A stretch of 64,000 nucleotides of DNA from Mobula hypostoma. Taxonomy: Eukaryota. Location: positions 147,066,001 through 147,130,000 of the forward strand of contig NC_086097.1 of NCBI RefSeq assembly GCF_963921235.1, given 5' to 3'. Below the pieces are notes generated by a model. That model was not told the DNA's origin and did not search any database. It worked only from the letters and a program-made list of their open reading frames with translations. Positions 1 to 12,360 of this stretch are shown here, piece after piece (within the stretch, counting starts at the first letter, position 1; every line of letters begins with the position of its first letter). Made by a program: the position numbers and the translations under genes.

Positions 1-108
1 TTTTAATTCAATCCCTGTTTGGCTTTGTCTATCATAAAAAGTTTACAAACTTTTCACAACTGGGCAATCTCACTCAGCAAGCTCGTTGATTGACAACAAC
101 CATTAACA

Positions 109-200
109 CCATAAGACAATAAGATTTAGGAGCAGAATTAGGCCAATTAGTCCAAACAGTCCATCGAGACTGCTCTGTTACTTCATCATGGTTGATCCAT
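109..200 (-). mobile_element. CR1 LINE 3'-end fragment
   Basis: ccataagac..taggagcagaattaggcc..catggttgatcca matches the CR1 3' terminus at 5455-5530. Confidence 0.7.
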
Positions 201-420
201 TAAAAGGCTTTCTATCACAATTACTGGACTTGCTCAATATGGACATTATCCTTTTATTTCTCATTGTACTTAAACAACATACATTTTTTCTGTTCTTTAT
301 ATTTTAATATAGCCTTCGGTCCGTATGTGTTTAAATAGCTCAGTTCAGATTCAATTCGGATTTAGATTAATTTATCACACATACATAGAAACATACAGCG
401 AAATGAATCTCAAATAAACT

Positions 421-1401
421 GGCTAGGTAGTTATGGCACCCAACGGCGACTCCTTTGCTGGCAAATGATACCACAAACTCCTAGTTTGTTATGATTCATT
501 ACCTCAGTAACCATGAGACCATTTTGGGTATGGAGAGAAGGCAGGTATAGGGTTCTGAGTTGGATGATCAGCCATAATCGTACTGAATGGCGGTGCAGGC
601 TCGAAGGGCCGAATGGCCTACTCCTGCACCTATTTTCTATGTTTCTATCTTCGAAAATAGTTCTATTTCCATCTGTAATATCTCTATTTTTCCCTTTAAG
701 AGTTCTCTTGAAGACCCTGACCTGGAGTTACACGTTGACTACGGTTCTTTGCGGGAATGGGACCCGCTCTCAGGCTTCCACAAATGGCCGCTATACGGCT
801 TGGCCTAAGATTTCGGCACAGATTCAGAAGCCTGGGATCTCGAGGAACTGGAGACGGTGAGATCAAAGGTCGGTGTCGCCACAGGAGTCCTGTGTTTCGT
901 TGGGGGAGTTGGAACGTCTGCTGTGCACCTGGGGACCCGGGATCTTTACGATCTTCAGGCACAGAGCTTGAAAAAAGCAATGCAACGGACTTTTAACATC
1001 ATAAACCAGCGAGTTGTTTGTTATGCTCCCAACTCGTTGGAAAATGGGGTTATCTCTTTCTCCCTTATTAGGAGAGAGAGAGCCTGCAGCATGTCAAATT
1101 ACCAGGTGAACAACGTAGTCTTTGGGGTAACTGCAAGTCTGTGTCTTTGCTATTGCTTTGCTCACACTTGAGTACTGGTAGTGGGTGCGCATTATTTTTG
1201 CCGCTGGGGGAGGGGGATTGTTGCTCGCTGCCGTTTACGCATGGGAGGGAGGGAACTTGGTGGGGGGCATTGGAGTTCTAACATTTAACTGTCATTCATT
1301 CTTGGGGCACTCCTCTGTTTTTCGTGGATGGTTGCGAAGAAAAAGCATTTCAGGATGTATATTGTATACATTTCTCAGACATTAAATGAACCTTTGAACC
1401 T
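421..1401 (+). mobile_element. Non-autonomous retroposon-like interspersed repeat (copy 1), interrupted at 464-648
   Basis: Colinear with 14477-15280; ends in attaaatgaacctttgaacc tail; no RT ORF. Confidence 0.75.
527..648 (+). mobile_element. Short CR1 3'-end insertion
   Basis: gatcagccat..gaatggcgg..gaagggccgaatggcctactcctgcacctattttctatgtttctat is a CR1-type 3' hairpin plus tandem tail. Confidence 0.75.
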
Positions 1402-2514
1402 TAAATGCCAAATCCATGCTGAAATCACATATTCAATTGCCATTATGAAGCAACTAAAAACATTGTTATAATTTTATGATATAACTAATTTGCTTCTATC
1501 CACACTTCAACTCATTTACTATCTCCTTTTGCCTCAAAATAGCCTCATGGTTACTGAGGTAATGAGTCATAATAAACAAGGAGTTTGTGGATAGCTTAGA
1601 TGTAGAATTAATGAATTGACTGAAATTCAATCCGTTTATACATACAGAGAGAATATTTATCATGAACAACGTAAACAGAGTCCTGGGGAAATCAGCAAGT
1701 TAGGTACCATTGTTTGATTAGATGCATTTGCACAGAATGGTGATAGAGGCTCAAATATAAGTAAAATTTATTTACTACAGTGCAAGAGTCTGCTGTTAAA
1801 ATTAATTTAAACAATAAAATCTTTATCATTCTGGAGGCCTCAGCAATTTCTGTTTTAGTATTCATAAATTTTAGCCCATCCTTAATTGTATCTTGCATTA
1901 TGTGGCTGAATGAGAGTAAAAAGACAACAGTCATTCATTTATAGATCAGGTTAAAACATAGGATTTCCTTCCCTAGAGAATCAAATACATTTTCATAACA
2001 TTTCATTAGTATTTGATTATCTTTTAAATTCCAGATTCATTTAATTAATTGAATTTAAATTCCACATTTGGCAGTATAGACTTAAACCCAAATCTCCAAA
2101 TCAATATACTAGGCCTCCAGACCACTGATCCTGTGGATCTAACAATCTGTTTTCATGCCCCAGTGAATAGTGCTGAATTAAAACACCATCTCCTGCTGTA
2201 ACAATGTCTTTCAATCCATTTTCTGAGATTTAAAACAGAGCACTAACTGCAGGTGATCTCCTGACAATGCTGTCTTCCCATGAACTGCAGACGGCAGTGT
2301 TTGAATGTTGTACTTACAACTGGCTGATTATTCGTGTACATACTAAATTCTAATGTAACCGGCTGAGCACCATTAGGATTCACACTAACATTGGTTTATC
2401 AAAGAACTAACAATTCAAATTAACTAACACATTATTTAATTAAATTTACCAAATGTCATTCATATAAAATGATTCTTACTAACTCCTTTAAGAAGAGTAC
2501 TTTGGCTAATCTTT

Positions 2515-3765
2515 GCCATTACCCTCCACCATCTGGCAGAACTGGTCTTCACATTCAACAATTTCTCCTTCGACTCCTCCCATGTTCTCAAGACTCAATG
2601 AGTACCCATGAACACCCATAAGGGTCCCAGGTATGTTTGCCTTTTCATTGGCTATGTAGAACAATCCATGTTCCAAGCCTTCCCTGCTAATTCTCCCCAA
2701 CTCTTCCTCTGCTACATTAATGACTGCATTAGTGCTGCTTCATGCACTCATGCTGAGCTTGTCAATTTCTTCAACTATGCCTCCAACTTCCACCCCACCC
2801 TTAATTTCATCAGGTTTTTTCTAACACCCCTCTCCCCTTTCTTGATCTCTCTGTTTCCATCCGTGGAGACAAACTGTCAACCAACATCTTTTGTAAACCT
2901 ACCAATTCCCACGGTTATCTTGACAATACCTCTTCCCTCCCTGTCTCCTGTAAAAATGCTCTTCCTTTTTCTCAGTCCCTTTGCCTTCACCGCATCTATT
3001 CTCAAGATGAGGCCTGTCTCTCCAGGACAACAGGGATTCCTCTTTCTTCAAAGAATAGAGTTTCCCTTCCTCCAACATTGATACTGCTGTCAGCCACATT
3101 TCCTCACTCACACGATCTTCCTACCACCTTAACAGTGATAGAGTTCCTCTTGCCCTTACCTATCACCCTTTGAGCATCCACATCCAGCACATCATTCTCT
3201 ACAACTTATGTCCTCTCCAAAGGGATGCTACCACCAAAACTATTATTAACTAACCCCCACACTTAGTTTTCTACAGGGAATGCTCCCTCCATTATTCCTT
3301 GTCCATTTGTCTCTTCCCACTAATCTCCCCGCCCCAGCACTTATCCTTGCTAGCAGCCAAAGTGTCACACCTGCCCATTCACCTCCTACCCCACCTTCAT
3401 TCAGGACCCCTCACAGTCCTTCCAGGTGAGGCAACATCTCAACTGCATATCTGCTGGGGTTGTCTATTGTATCTGGTGCTTCCGATGTGGCCTCCTCTAC
3501 ATTGGTGAGACCCATCGTAAATTGGGAGACCGCCTCACCACCTCCACTCCATCTGACAAAAGCAGATCTTCCTGGTGGCTAAACATTTTAATTCCAATTT
3601 CCATTTCCATTCTGACATGTCATCCATGGCCTCATCTTGTGCAACAATGAGGCCACCCTCAGGGTGAAAGAGTAACACCTTATATTCTGTCTGGAGCCTC
3701 CAAACTGATGGCATGAATAGCAATTTCTCTTTTTGGTTAAAAAAATCCCTCCCTCTCCCCTCTTC
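2515..3765 (+). mobile_element. Penelope-like retroelement, degraded RT + GIY-YIG endonuclease
   Basis: RT-like GPRYVCLFIGYVEQSMF..LFLCYINDCI (decayed YIDD motif); GIY-YIG-like GVVYCIWCFRCGLLYIGET at 3426-3520. Confidence 0.85.
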
Positions 3766-4584
3766 TTTTTGTAATATCCCTGGTTTAAAACCATGCTGTA
3801 CTTTATTAATACAGTCATGCTGTTAGTTATTTTATTTTCTGCAAATTTTCTCAAAATGCAATGTATTTCTTCAATCACATTATACAATTGAGTAATTCAG
3901 CTGATTTATAAGTCAGGCTTGTTGAATTAGCCAACAGGATTTGTCTCGTTAACATTTAGCCAATAAGATGTCTGGAATAATTTTGAGGGTTTCAGGGATG
4001 CAATTTTGCTGGAGAAAGGAGAGAGATGAAAGAATGTAGACAGATGACAAACATGAGTGAAGAACATGGTGAAGCACTCACAGAACCCACATGGAAGAAA
4101 AGATACTGCTGTCAGAGAATCCTCATACATACAATGGTCTCATGAAGAATGTAAAAATAGCTTTTAATTAGCTAGTTATCACATGAACTTGGAGAAAGTT
4201 CGCCACCTTGTCCTTGGATGTTGCATGGATATTTATTTGTGGTTTCGCTTGGACTGTGTTTTCAGGCAGAATTTTTCAATACCGTGAATAAACGAAGTGA
4301 AAGAAATTGGATTGACTAATCATCAATGAGCTCCAATGATCATGTGCACACTATAGGCTAATATATGTGTAATGGGCACTTTTCTCTATTTTGTTTGTTG
4401 TAGGTTAAAATATAATTGACAATTTAATTTCAATTTAAGTTTATACTGGGGTCATATTTATCCTAGACAAGTTTATTATTGGAAATGGCCTTCTCATCAT
4501 TATTCCTCATGCATTGTAGTGTTATATTGCTGTTAGGTTGGATCCACAGTAATAGCTAGCTCATTATAAGCCTATGGTGAGATG

Positions 4585-4902
4585 GTTTCATTCTGTTTCC
4601 CACTTTGGACTCTTCTCACCTGCCTTTCCTCTCGCCCAGGTGCCCCTCCTCTTTCCCTTTCTTCTACAGTTCACCTTCTTCTCCTACCAGATTCCTTCCT
4701 CTCCAGCCCTTCACCTTTCCCACCCAACCCACTTCACCTATCATTTTCTGTCCCATCCTGCTTCCCCACCTTTTTATTCTGGTATCTTCGCCCTTCCTTT
4801 CCAGTCCAGAAGAAGTGTCTCGGTCCGAAATGTCAATTGTTTGTTTATTTCCATAATGCTGCTTGACCTGCTGTGTTCCTCCAACATTTTGTGTGTGTTT
4901 CT
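4585..4902 (+). mobile_element. Penelope 3' end (pLTR) fragment with decayed hammerhead motif
   Basis: Pyrimidine-rich tract then cagtccagaagaagtgtctcggtccgaaatgtc, homologous to 56233-56270. Confidence 0.7.
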
Positions 4903-5454
4903 TTAGTCCAAGCTTATTTGGCTTTGAAAAGATTATGTTCCATGTCTTTCAGTAGAGATAATTTAAAATCTTAATTCTTTAACTGACAAATCACAGACAA
5001 CAACCATGATATAAGGCAGAGTTGGCTCTGTTCTGATTTATAAAGAAAGTAACATGTACCTGTAACGTTGTAAAAGGATGATAAGATCTCGCAATATCGT
5101 TCTAGCAAAGATGTGAACAATGATGCAAAACACGGCAGGGCTATCTGAAAAGAGAAAACAGAATCTGTTTACATTTAAATTGAATTAAAAGAGGAACTAT
5201 GCATAGAATATACCTGAGCATTCACTTTGCCACCTTCCTCCTCCCACTACTCACTCACCACCAACCTCACTACTCTGATGCTACCTATGTGCCCTTGAGT
5301 GTTGGTCAAGTAAAGATAAAAATTAGTTATGAAGTGGCTTTCACAGGGCACCACATAGGCCACGGAGAGCTTATAGAGTGCGCATGTTGACTTCTACAGA
5401 ATGGAACTCTGCGGAACAATCCATAGAGGTATCGAAAAGGGCGCAGATATATTT

Positions 5455-7962
5455 AGACCATAAGACATAGGAGCAGAATTAGGCTACTTGGCCCATCAAG
5501 TCTGCTCTGCTATTCAATCATGGCTGATCCATTTTCCCCTCCTCCGCCCCACTCCCTGGCCTTCTCCCCATAACCTTCAATGCCGTGGCCAGTCAAGAAC
5601 CTATCAATCTCCACATTAAATACACATAACGACCTGAGCTGCCCGTGGTAACAAATTCATCACCCTCTAGCTAAAGGAATTTCTCTGCATCTCTGTTTTA
5701 AATGGTCACCCCCCCCCCACCATCCTGAGGCTGTGCCCTCTTGTCCTAGTTTCCCCCACATCTACTCTCTCTAGGCCTTTCAACGTTCAAGAGCTTTCAA
5801 TGAGATCTGCCCTCAGCCTTCTAAATTCCAGCGAGTGGCCCAGAGCCATCAAATGTTCCTGATATGATAACCCTTTCACTCCCAGAATTATCCTTGGGAA
5901 CCTCCTCTGAACCCTTTCCAATGTCAGCACATCTTAGATAAGGACCCCAAAGCTGTTCACAATACTCAAGGTGAGACCTCACCAGTGCCTATAAAGTCTC
6001 AGCATCGCATCCCTGCTCTTACATTCTAGACCTCTTGAAATGAATGCTACATTGCATTTGCCTTACTCACCACCGATTCAACCTGCAAGTTAACCTTTAG
6101 GTTGTTCTGTACAAGGAATCCCAAGTCCCTTTGCATCTGAGATTTTCAGATTTTCTCCCCATTTAGAAAATAGTCTATACATTTATTTCTTCTACCAAAG
6201 TGCATCACCATACATTTTCCAACATTATATTTTATTTGCCACTTTCTTGCCACTTCTCCTAATCTGTCCAAGTCCTTCTGTAGCCTTTCTCAACCCTACC
6301 TGCCCCTCCACTAATCTTCATATCATCTGCAGACCTGGTAACAAAACTATCTATTCCATCATCTAAATCATTGACATACCACATTAAAAGAAGCAGTCCC
6401 AACACCGGAACACACTAGTCACTGTTAGCCAACCAGAAAAGGATCCTTTTATTCCCACTCACTGCCTCTTACCAATCAGCTAATACTCTAACCATGTCAG
6501 TAATTTTCCTGTAATATTATAGGCTCTAAACTTGGTAAGCAGCTTCATGTGTGGCACCTTGTCAGAGGTCTTCTGAAAGTCCAAATATACGACATCCACT
6601 GCATCCCCATTATCTATCCTACTTGTAATGTCCTCAAAGAATTGCAACAGGGTTGTCAGGCAAGATTTTCCCTTGAAGAAACCATGCTGACTTTTCCTAT
6701 CTTGTCCTGTGCCACCAACTACTCCATAACCTCATCCTTATCAATTGACTCCAACATCTTCCCAACCACTGAGGTCAGGCTACCCAGTCTATACTTTCCT
6801 TTCTGCTGTCTTCATCCTTTCTTAAAGAGTGGGGTGACATTTGCAATTCTCCAGTCTTCTGGAACCATGCTAAAGTCCAATGGTTCTCGAAAGATCATTA
6901 CTAACGCCTCCACAATCTCTACTGCTACCTCTTTCAGAACCCTAGGGTGTAGTTCCTCTAGTCCAGGTGACTTATGCACCTTTAGGTGTTTCAGCTTGTT
7001 GAGCACCTTCTCTTTGTTATAGTAACAGTTCTTGCTTCTTTTCCCTCTTACGCTTCAACACTTCGCATATTGCCAGTGTCTTCCACAGTGAAGACTGATG
7101 CAAAATACTCATTTAGTTCATTGGCCATCTCCTTGTCCCCCATTATTATTTCTCTGGCCTCATTTTCTAGCGGTCCTATATCCATTCTCATCTCTCTTCT
7201 ATTTTTTTATATATATATTTGGAAAGCTTTTTCTGTCTTTGATATTCTTTGCTAGCTTGCTTTTATATTTCATGTTTTCCCTCTTAATGATTCTTTTAGT
7301 TGCTTTCTGTAGGTTTTTAAAAGCTTTCCAATCCTCTATCTTCATGCTAATTTTTGCTTTGTTGTATGCCCTCCCTTTTGCATTTGCATTAGCATTAGCT
7401 TTGACTTTCCTTGTCAGCCACGGTTGTACTACCTTGCCATTTGAGTATTTCTTTGTTTCTGGAATACATCTATCTTGCACCTTCCTCATTTTTCCCAGAA
7501 TCTCAAGCCATTGCTGCTCTATTGTCATCCCTGCCAGCATCTCCTTCCAATTTACTTTGGCCAATTCCTCTCTCATGCCAATATAATTTCTTTTACTCCA
7601 ATGAAATACTGCTAAGTCAGACTTTACTTTCTCCCTATCAAATTTCAAGTTGAACTCAATCATATTGTGATCACTATCTCCTAAGTGTTCCTTTACCTTG
7701 AGCTCCTTAATTGCCTCCGGTTCATTACATAACACCCAACCTAGTATTGCTGACCCCCTAGTAGGCCCAATGACAAGCTGCTGTAAAAAGCCATCTCGTA
7801 GGTATTCAACAAATTTACTCTCTTGAGGTCCATTACCAACTTGATTTTCCCAATTTACCTGCATGTTAAAATCTCCCATGACTATTATAATATTGCCCTT
7901 ACGACATGCCTTTTCTATTTCCCATTGTATTCTGTAGTCTGAATCACAGCTCCTGTTTGGAG
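5455..7962 (-). mobile_element. CR1 LINE ORF2 (APE endonuclease + RT) through 3' tail, degraded
   Basis: VMGDFNM, HLGDSDHNMIEF (ORF 7199-8050); KSPG..HPRVLKEVAVEIVEAL..PEDWRIANVTPLFKKG; CR1 tail at 5455. Confidence 0.92.
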
Positions 7963-7979
7963 CTACTGTCATTCTGGCA

Positions 7980-8706
7980 TCCCAAGCAGCAGCAGGAGCA
8001 GTGCAGAGAGGATCAAATAAAAGTACAAAAGGGACAAGCGGAGCGGCCACTGTTGGGAGTGGGCCAGTGGTGAGAGTGGGAGTGTCAAGCTTTGGCTCTG
8101 GGTAAGTTGTCCGGGTAAGCTTCTGTTAGGTTTCCGTTTTTCCTTACTGTGTCAAGGGTACTTAGTGTAGTTTAAATAGCTATTGTGTGCTGTTCATGCT
8201 GGATACTGGAGTCCTGGGAGCCCCAGAGTCTGCCAGGGAACTTCCTCTGTGTGGTGCATCCAGCTGTATCTGTGTTAGAGATCTAGGGCAGCAGCTGAAT
8301 GACCTTTAGCTTATACAGGAGAGTGAGGAGATAGTTGTTTGGAAATACAGGGAAGTAGTCACCCCTAAGTTGCAGGAGGTGGGTAGCTGGGTGTCTGTCA
8401 GGAGAAATAGAAATGTGAATAGGCAGTTAGCGCTGTGGCCATTTCCCTGAATAATAAATATACCGTTTTGGATACTGTTGTGGGCGATGACCTCCCAGGG
8501 GAATGCCACGGAGGCCAGGTTACTGGCAATGAGCATGAGTCCATGGTGCAGAAGGGAGAGAGAGAGAGGAGGGGGACAGTAGTGATAGGAGACAGAATAG
8601 TCAGAGGAACAGACAGCAGATTCTGTGGATGTGAACTGGACACCCGGATGGTGTGTTGCCCTGGTGCCAGGGTCAGGGACATTTCGGAGTGCATCCACAA
8701 CATCTT
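7980..8706 (+). mobile_element. CR1 5' end (5'UTR + ORF1 N-terminal part, start of SGNH esterase domain)
   Basis: ISLNNKYTVLDTV..TVVIGDRIVRGTDSRFCG..MVCCPGARVRDISE (GDS-like block of the CR1 ORF1 esterase). Confidence 0.8.
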
Positions 8707-9199
8707 TATTTCAGAAACTGCTCTGACCTTTATATCACATCTTTAACATGTCATTAGATTAATCTCTCTCTCTCTCTCTTTCTCCCCACCCCACCCCTCC
8801 CACCCTCATTAATCTATTAATCAGACTGCTCCATAAACATCAGGATTATCAGGGCAACCCTGCCCTCACCAATTAGAGATATTCCCTTGGACCTTTCCAT
8901 CCCCCCACTGTCCCATCCTCTTTATTACATAATATTCTCAGTTTCTGGTTCTGATGAAGCATCAGATAAACCTGACAGTTTATCTTTGTTTTCTTTCTGA
9001 AATGCTGCCTGCCATGCTGAGTGCTTCCAATATTTTCAGTTTGCACGTCAAATTTCCAACTACTGTTTTTATTAAGAGTTCATAATTTTGGCTTCACATT
9101 TGGCCTTGAAATTAGTATCAGGTCTTGTACATGTACCATCAATATGCTCACTTAGTTCCATCTCCATTACACACACTCTTCTTCAGCCCAAGTGCTCCT

Positions 9200-9640
9200 C
9201 AAACCCTCATCCATGCATTTATTACTGCTATTCCAATGGACTCTTTGCCTACCACTTATTTCCAACTCTGCATAAGATTGTAGTCATGCAAAACTTTTCA
9301 CCCATCAACTCTTATTTAATCAACTCAACTGCCTGTTGTTCTACTTTGGCTCACAGTCAAGTGATGCCTTGGTTTAAATCTTCTTGTTTTAAACACTCTG
9401 GTTTACTTTCTCCCTATTTTTGTGATCTCCTGGTGTCCTATTACCCCAAGTTCTATTGGCACCCCTCTAACTATGGTCTCTTGAGTTGTTTGTTTAGGTG
9501 CTCTGTCATTGGAGACCATTCATTCAAGGTGTCAAGGCCCCTTAATTAGAATTCACACCTGAAACACTGCTGCATCTTTATTTCTGTCATTCTGTGCCTT
9601 AAATCCTGACATCTTCACCAAGCCCTTGATCACCTGCCAA
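9200..9640 (+). mobile_element. Old L2-like LINE 3' fragment
   Basis: Degraded text resembling the L2 ORF2 C-terminus (YCYSNGLF..LHKIVVMQN); very diverged. Confidence 0.4.
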
Positions 9641-9709
9641 CATATTACTGTGTATAGCTCAACTCCAATTTTCCTCTGTAATATAATATTCCTATTTTGC
9701 ATTATAACA

Positions 9710-10504
9710 CAGTGCATTTCAGTTAATTGGGACACATCAGAACAAGTACATTAAGTGGATGCTCCAATCAGCTAAAGTTTCATGGAAATATTAAAAAGGT
9801 ATGAATAAGACAAACTGAGTAACAAATTATGTATTTAAATTAAATACAGAACAAATCAGAACACTACCAATTCTACAATAATACTATAAAACTGTATACT
9901 AGTCCTTAACAATTATCAACAGAAGAATTCATCCCTTTTGAGTTCTTTTGACTGTAAATGAACAAAATCAATGCAGACACTGAGTACAGATAATGGGCTG
10001 CCTTTAAACAATGCTGTCAATGATTGCATCCACCAAATCTTCCTTTTAATTGTGGCATTCAAGATGGCTGTCAATACCTTCAAATTCTTCGAGTTTTCTG
10101 ACTTGTTTACGTAGTGAAATCATTTCATTTTCCATTCCTGTGTAGGACACCTCCAAGCCTGAATGCTTGAAACCATAATGAGCAAAACAGTTCTAACTTG
10201 TCTTACTGATTATTCCTTACCAAATATTGCCACTTTTTGAAGACACACACACATGTAACTGGCGCTATTGAAAAAATGTTTACTCAAAGTATGGTGTGGA
10301 GTCTAATGGCCACACAAGTGCATGCAATTGGTGCTACTTAGAAACTGTTCAGCAATCATTTTGGGCCCCAATTAAGTGGCATGGTGTCCCAAATAAACCA
10401 AGTGAATGCCTGCTACTGCGTTGATTAGTTTGTGTTCTTTAAGAGTTGTCACAAATAAGTGGCTGCCCTGATTAACCGATGACCCAAGTAAATGGAATCC
10501 ACTG
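9710..10504. mobile_element. Non-autonomous Tc1/pogo (Tigger-like) DNA transposon
   Basis: Imperfect TIRs cagtgcatttcagttaattggg ... cccaagtaaatggaatccactg; TA on the right flank (left flank CA). Confidence 0.6.
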
Positions 10505-11399
10505 TATTCCTTTAACAGAATATTGTAATATAATTATTATGAGCATAGATAATTACACTTCACTAAAGTTGCTGTGTTTGGAGAATAGTTGCTGTTGCCA
10601 TGGCTTTATTAACATCCTGTCAAGATTAATTCAAGTGAACTGCAAGTTTCTACACTCCCTTTAAAATTGCAGCACTTGGTTTACTTTGCCTCTCCATAAA
10701 AACACACCATTTGACATTTCCTTATGATTACACTTCATCTGACTTTTCCCTGCTCATTTGTCAATCTGGAAATGGATCATGGCGGGTGCTGATAAGCTCC
10801 TTACTCTTTACCAGATTTTCAGGTTTCCCATCATTTCCCCACTTTGAAATGATCCTCTGTATGTATAAATGCAGATGATTAACATATATCACAGAGAGCA
10901 ATTGTGCTTCTGGAGGTAGCAAGCCAGTATGCATCTCTGCAGTCTGAACAAGCAACTCTTCATCACTACTTTCTCTAAAGTTAAGTTAGTAAATGAAAGG
11001 TATGGAGATGCACTGAGGTGACAAAGTTTTATAAAATAACCGGTATTTTCCCTTTTTGAGTAATGCAGTACATGCAATGGACAGTAGATGTCAGGTTTCT
11101 CAGCATAGCCATTGTTAAAATCATATCCATTATGGTAGCTGCATTAAACTATATTTATACATTATAGTAGATGCAGGAAATAATTAGAATACAGAGTTTT
11201 AATTAATTATAGGTCATGTTTTTCTTTCCAAACTGCTTTCTGTTTTAAATTTTAATTACAAAAACTTTGTGGCCTACAAAACATTACATTTTTATTGTGG
11301 ACCAGCTGCTTTGAAATAAGGAAAGAGGAAGTTATTTGAGGCACTGAAGAATAACAAGTTAAACAAACAGTGGAACTAGTTAGCGTCAATGTTCAGTGA

Positions 11400-12360
11400 G
11401 TAACAGTGGGGTTAGTGGGCGTCTGTGCTCTATGTTATGATCTGGTTAGTCTGGATATGCATTGAGGAACTCGGGGGGATACCTAGTTGGAACCTGTGAT
11501 CAGTGAGTAAGCATGGGATTATTTGGGGCTTGTAATGGCTATGTTTCAACAGGGTTATTCAAGACACCCAATGGTAACATTGGCAAAGGTGATTCAAGAC
11601 CAGGTTCTGTTGCAGGGGTCATACAAAGAGGATTGTTTGTGATCCATCTTATTTCACATTACTATGGACCATCTGATCTGATTACTACCAACATCAGTAT
11701 ATTGCACTGACTGTCTCTTCTGCAGAAACAGTGGATGACATCAGGACATTACAGGACTTCTGCAAGGGTACTGGCTTGAAAATCAATATAAAGACAATCA
11801 GGGAATGTCACATGATCAGTAAAAGTAAAACATATCTCTGTGATTCATAGAAAATTTGACAGTGTTTATCAAACCAAAGGAATTGACCCAAGGGGGTGTG
11901 TTAGCAAGGAGAGCTAGAACAGAAAGGTTGATGAAAGGTTCTAGAATTTAAGGGTGGGTCAGGTTGTAGCAGAGTCTGGCTTCCAAATGCCTAGGTTCCT
12001 CTTGTCACTGGATCAAGTCCCTCCTCTCTGAAATATGTGTGTAGTTAGTGTACAATTGCTACCTTTGCCATATGAATATCAAGATCTGGAATTTCAGACT
12101 CAAATATACAGTCCCATCAGTGGCAGACCAGAATACCACTCTGCTCTCACAGAGAATAAGACATTTTGACATTGGCATCACCATAATATGTGAGAAACAG
12201 CAGGCAGGAGAAGGTCAGTTTAAAGAACAAGGCAATGGTATGTTTTGTTCTGAGGAGACAAGAAGGAAAATTGTCTTCAGACATTGTCATCAAGAATGGG
12301 ACAGTTGGCAGCCTCAGCAACTCCCTCTATGGAAAATGTCTGGTGACACTTTGCCTCACT
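11400..12360 (+). mobile_element. Highly degraded R2-like non-LTR RT fragment
   Basis: Frameshifted pieces GVIQRG..LFHITMDHLI, ISIL, LQDFCKGTGLKINIK, GIDPRG, QGNG..F in the order expected for R2-type RT. Confidence 0.4.

Noticed and set aside
513..1385. Cluster of overlapping short ORFs
   Set aside because: They lie in an interspersed repeat; frames and stops differ in the second copy and no domain is recognisable
471..1590. 56-bp inverted pair as TIRs of a DNA transposon
   Set aside because: The left copy interrupts another repeat that continues on both sides; no TSD; better explained as a templated insertion
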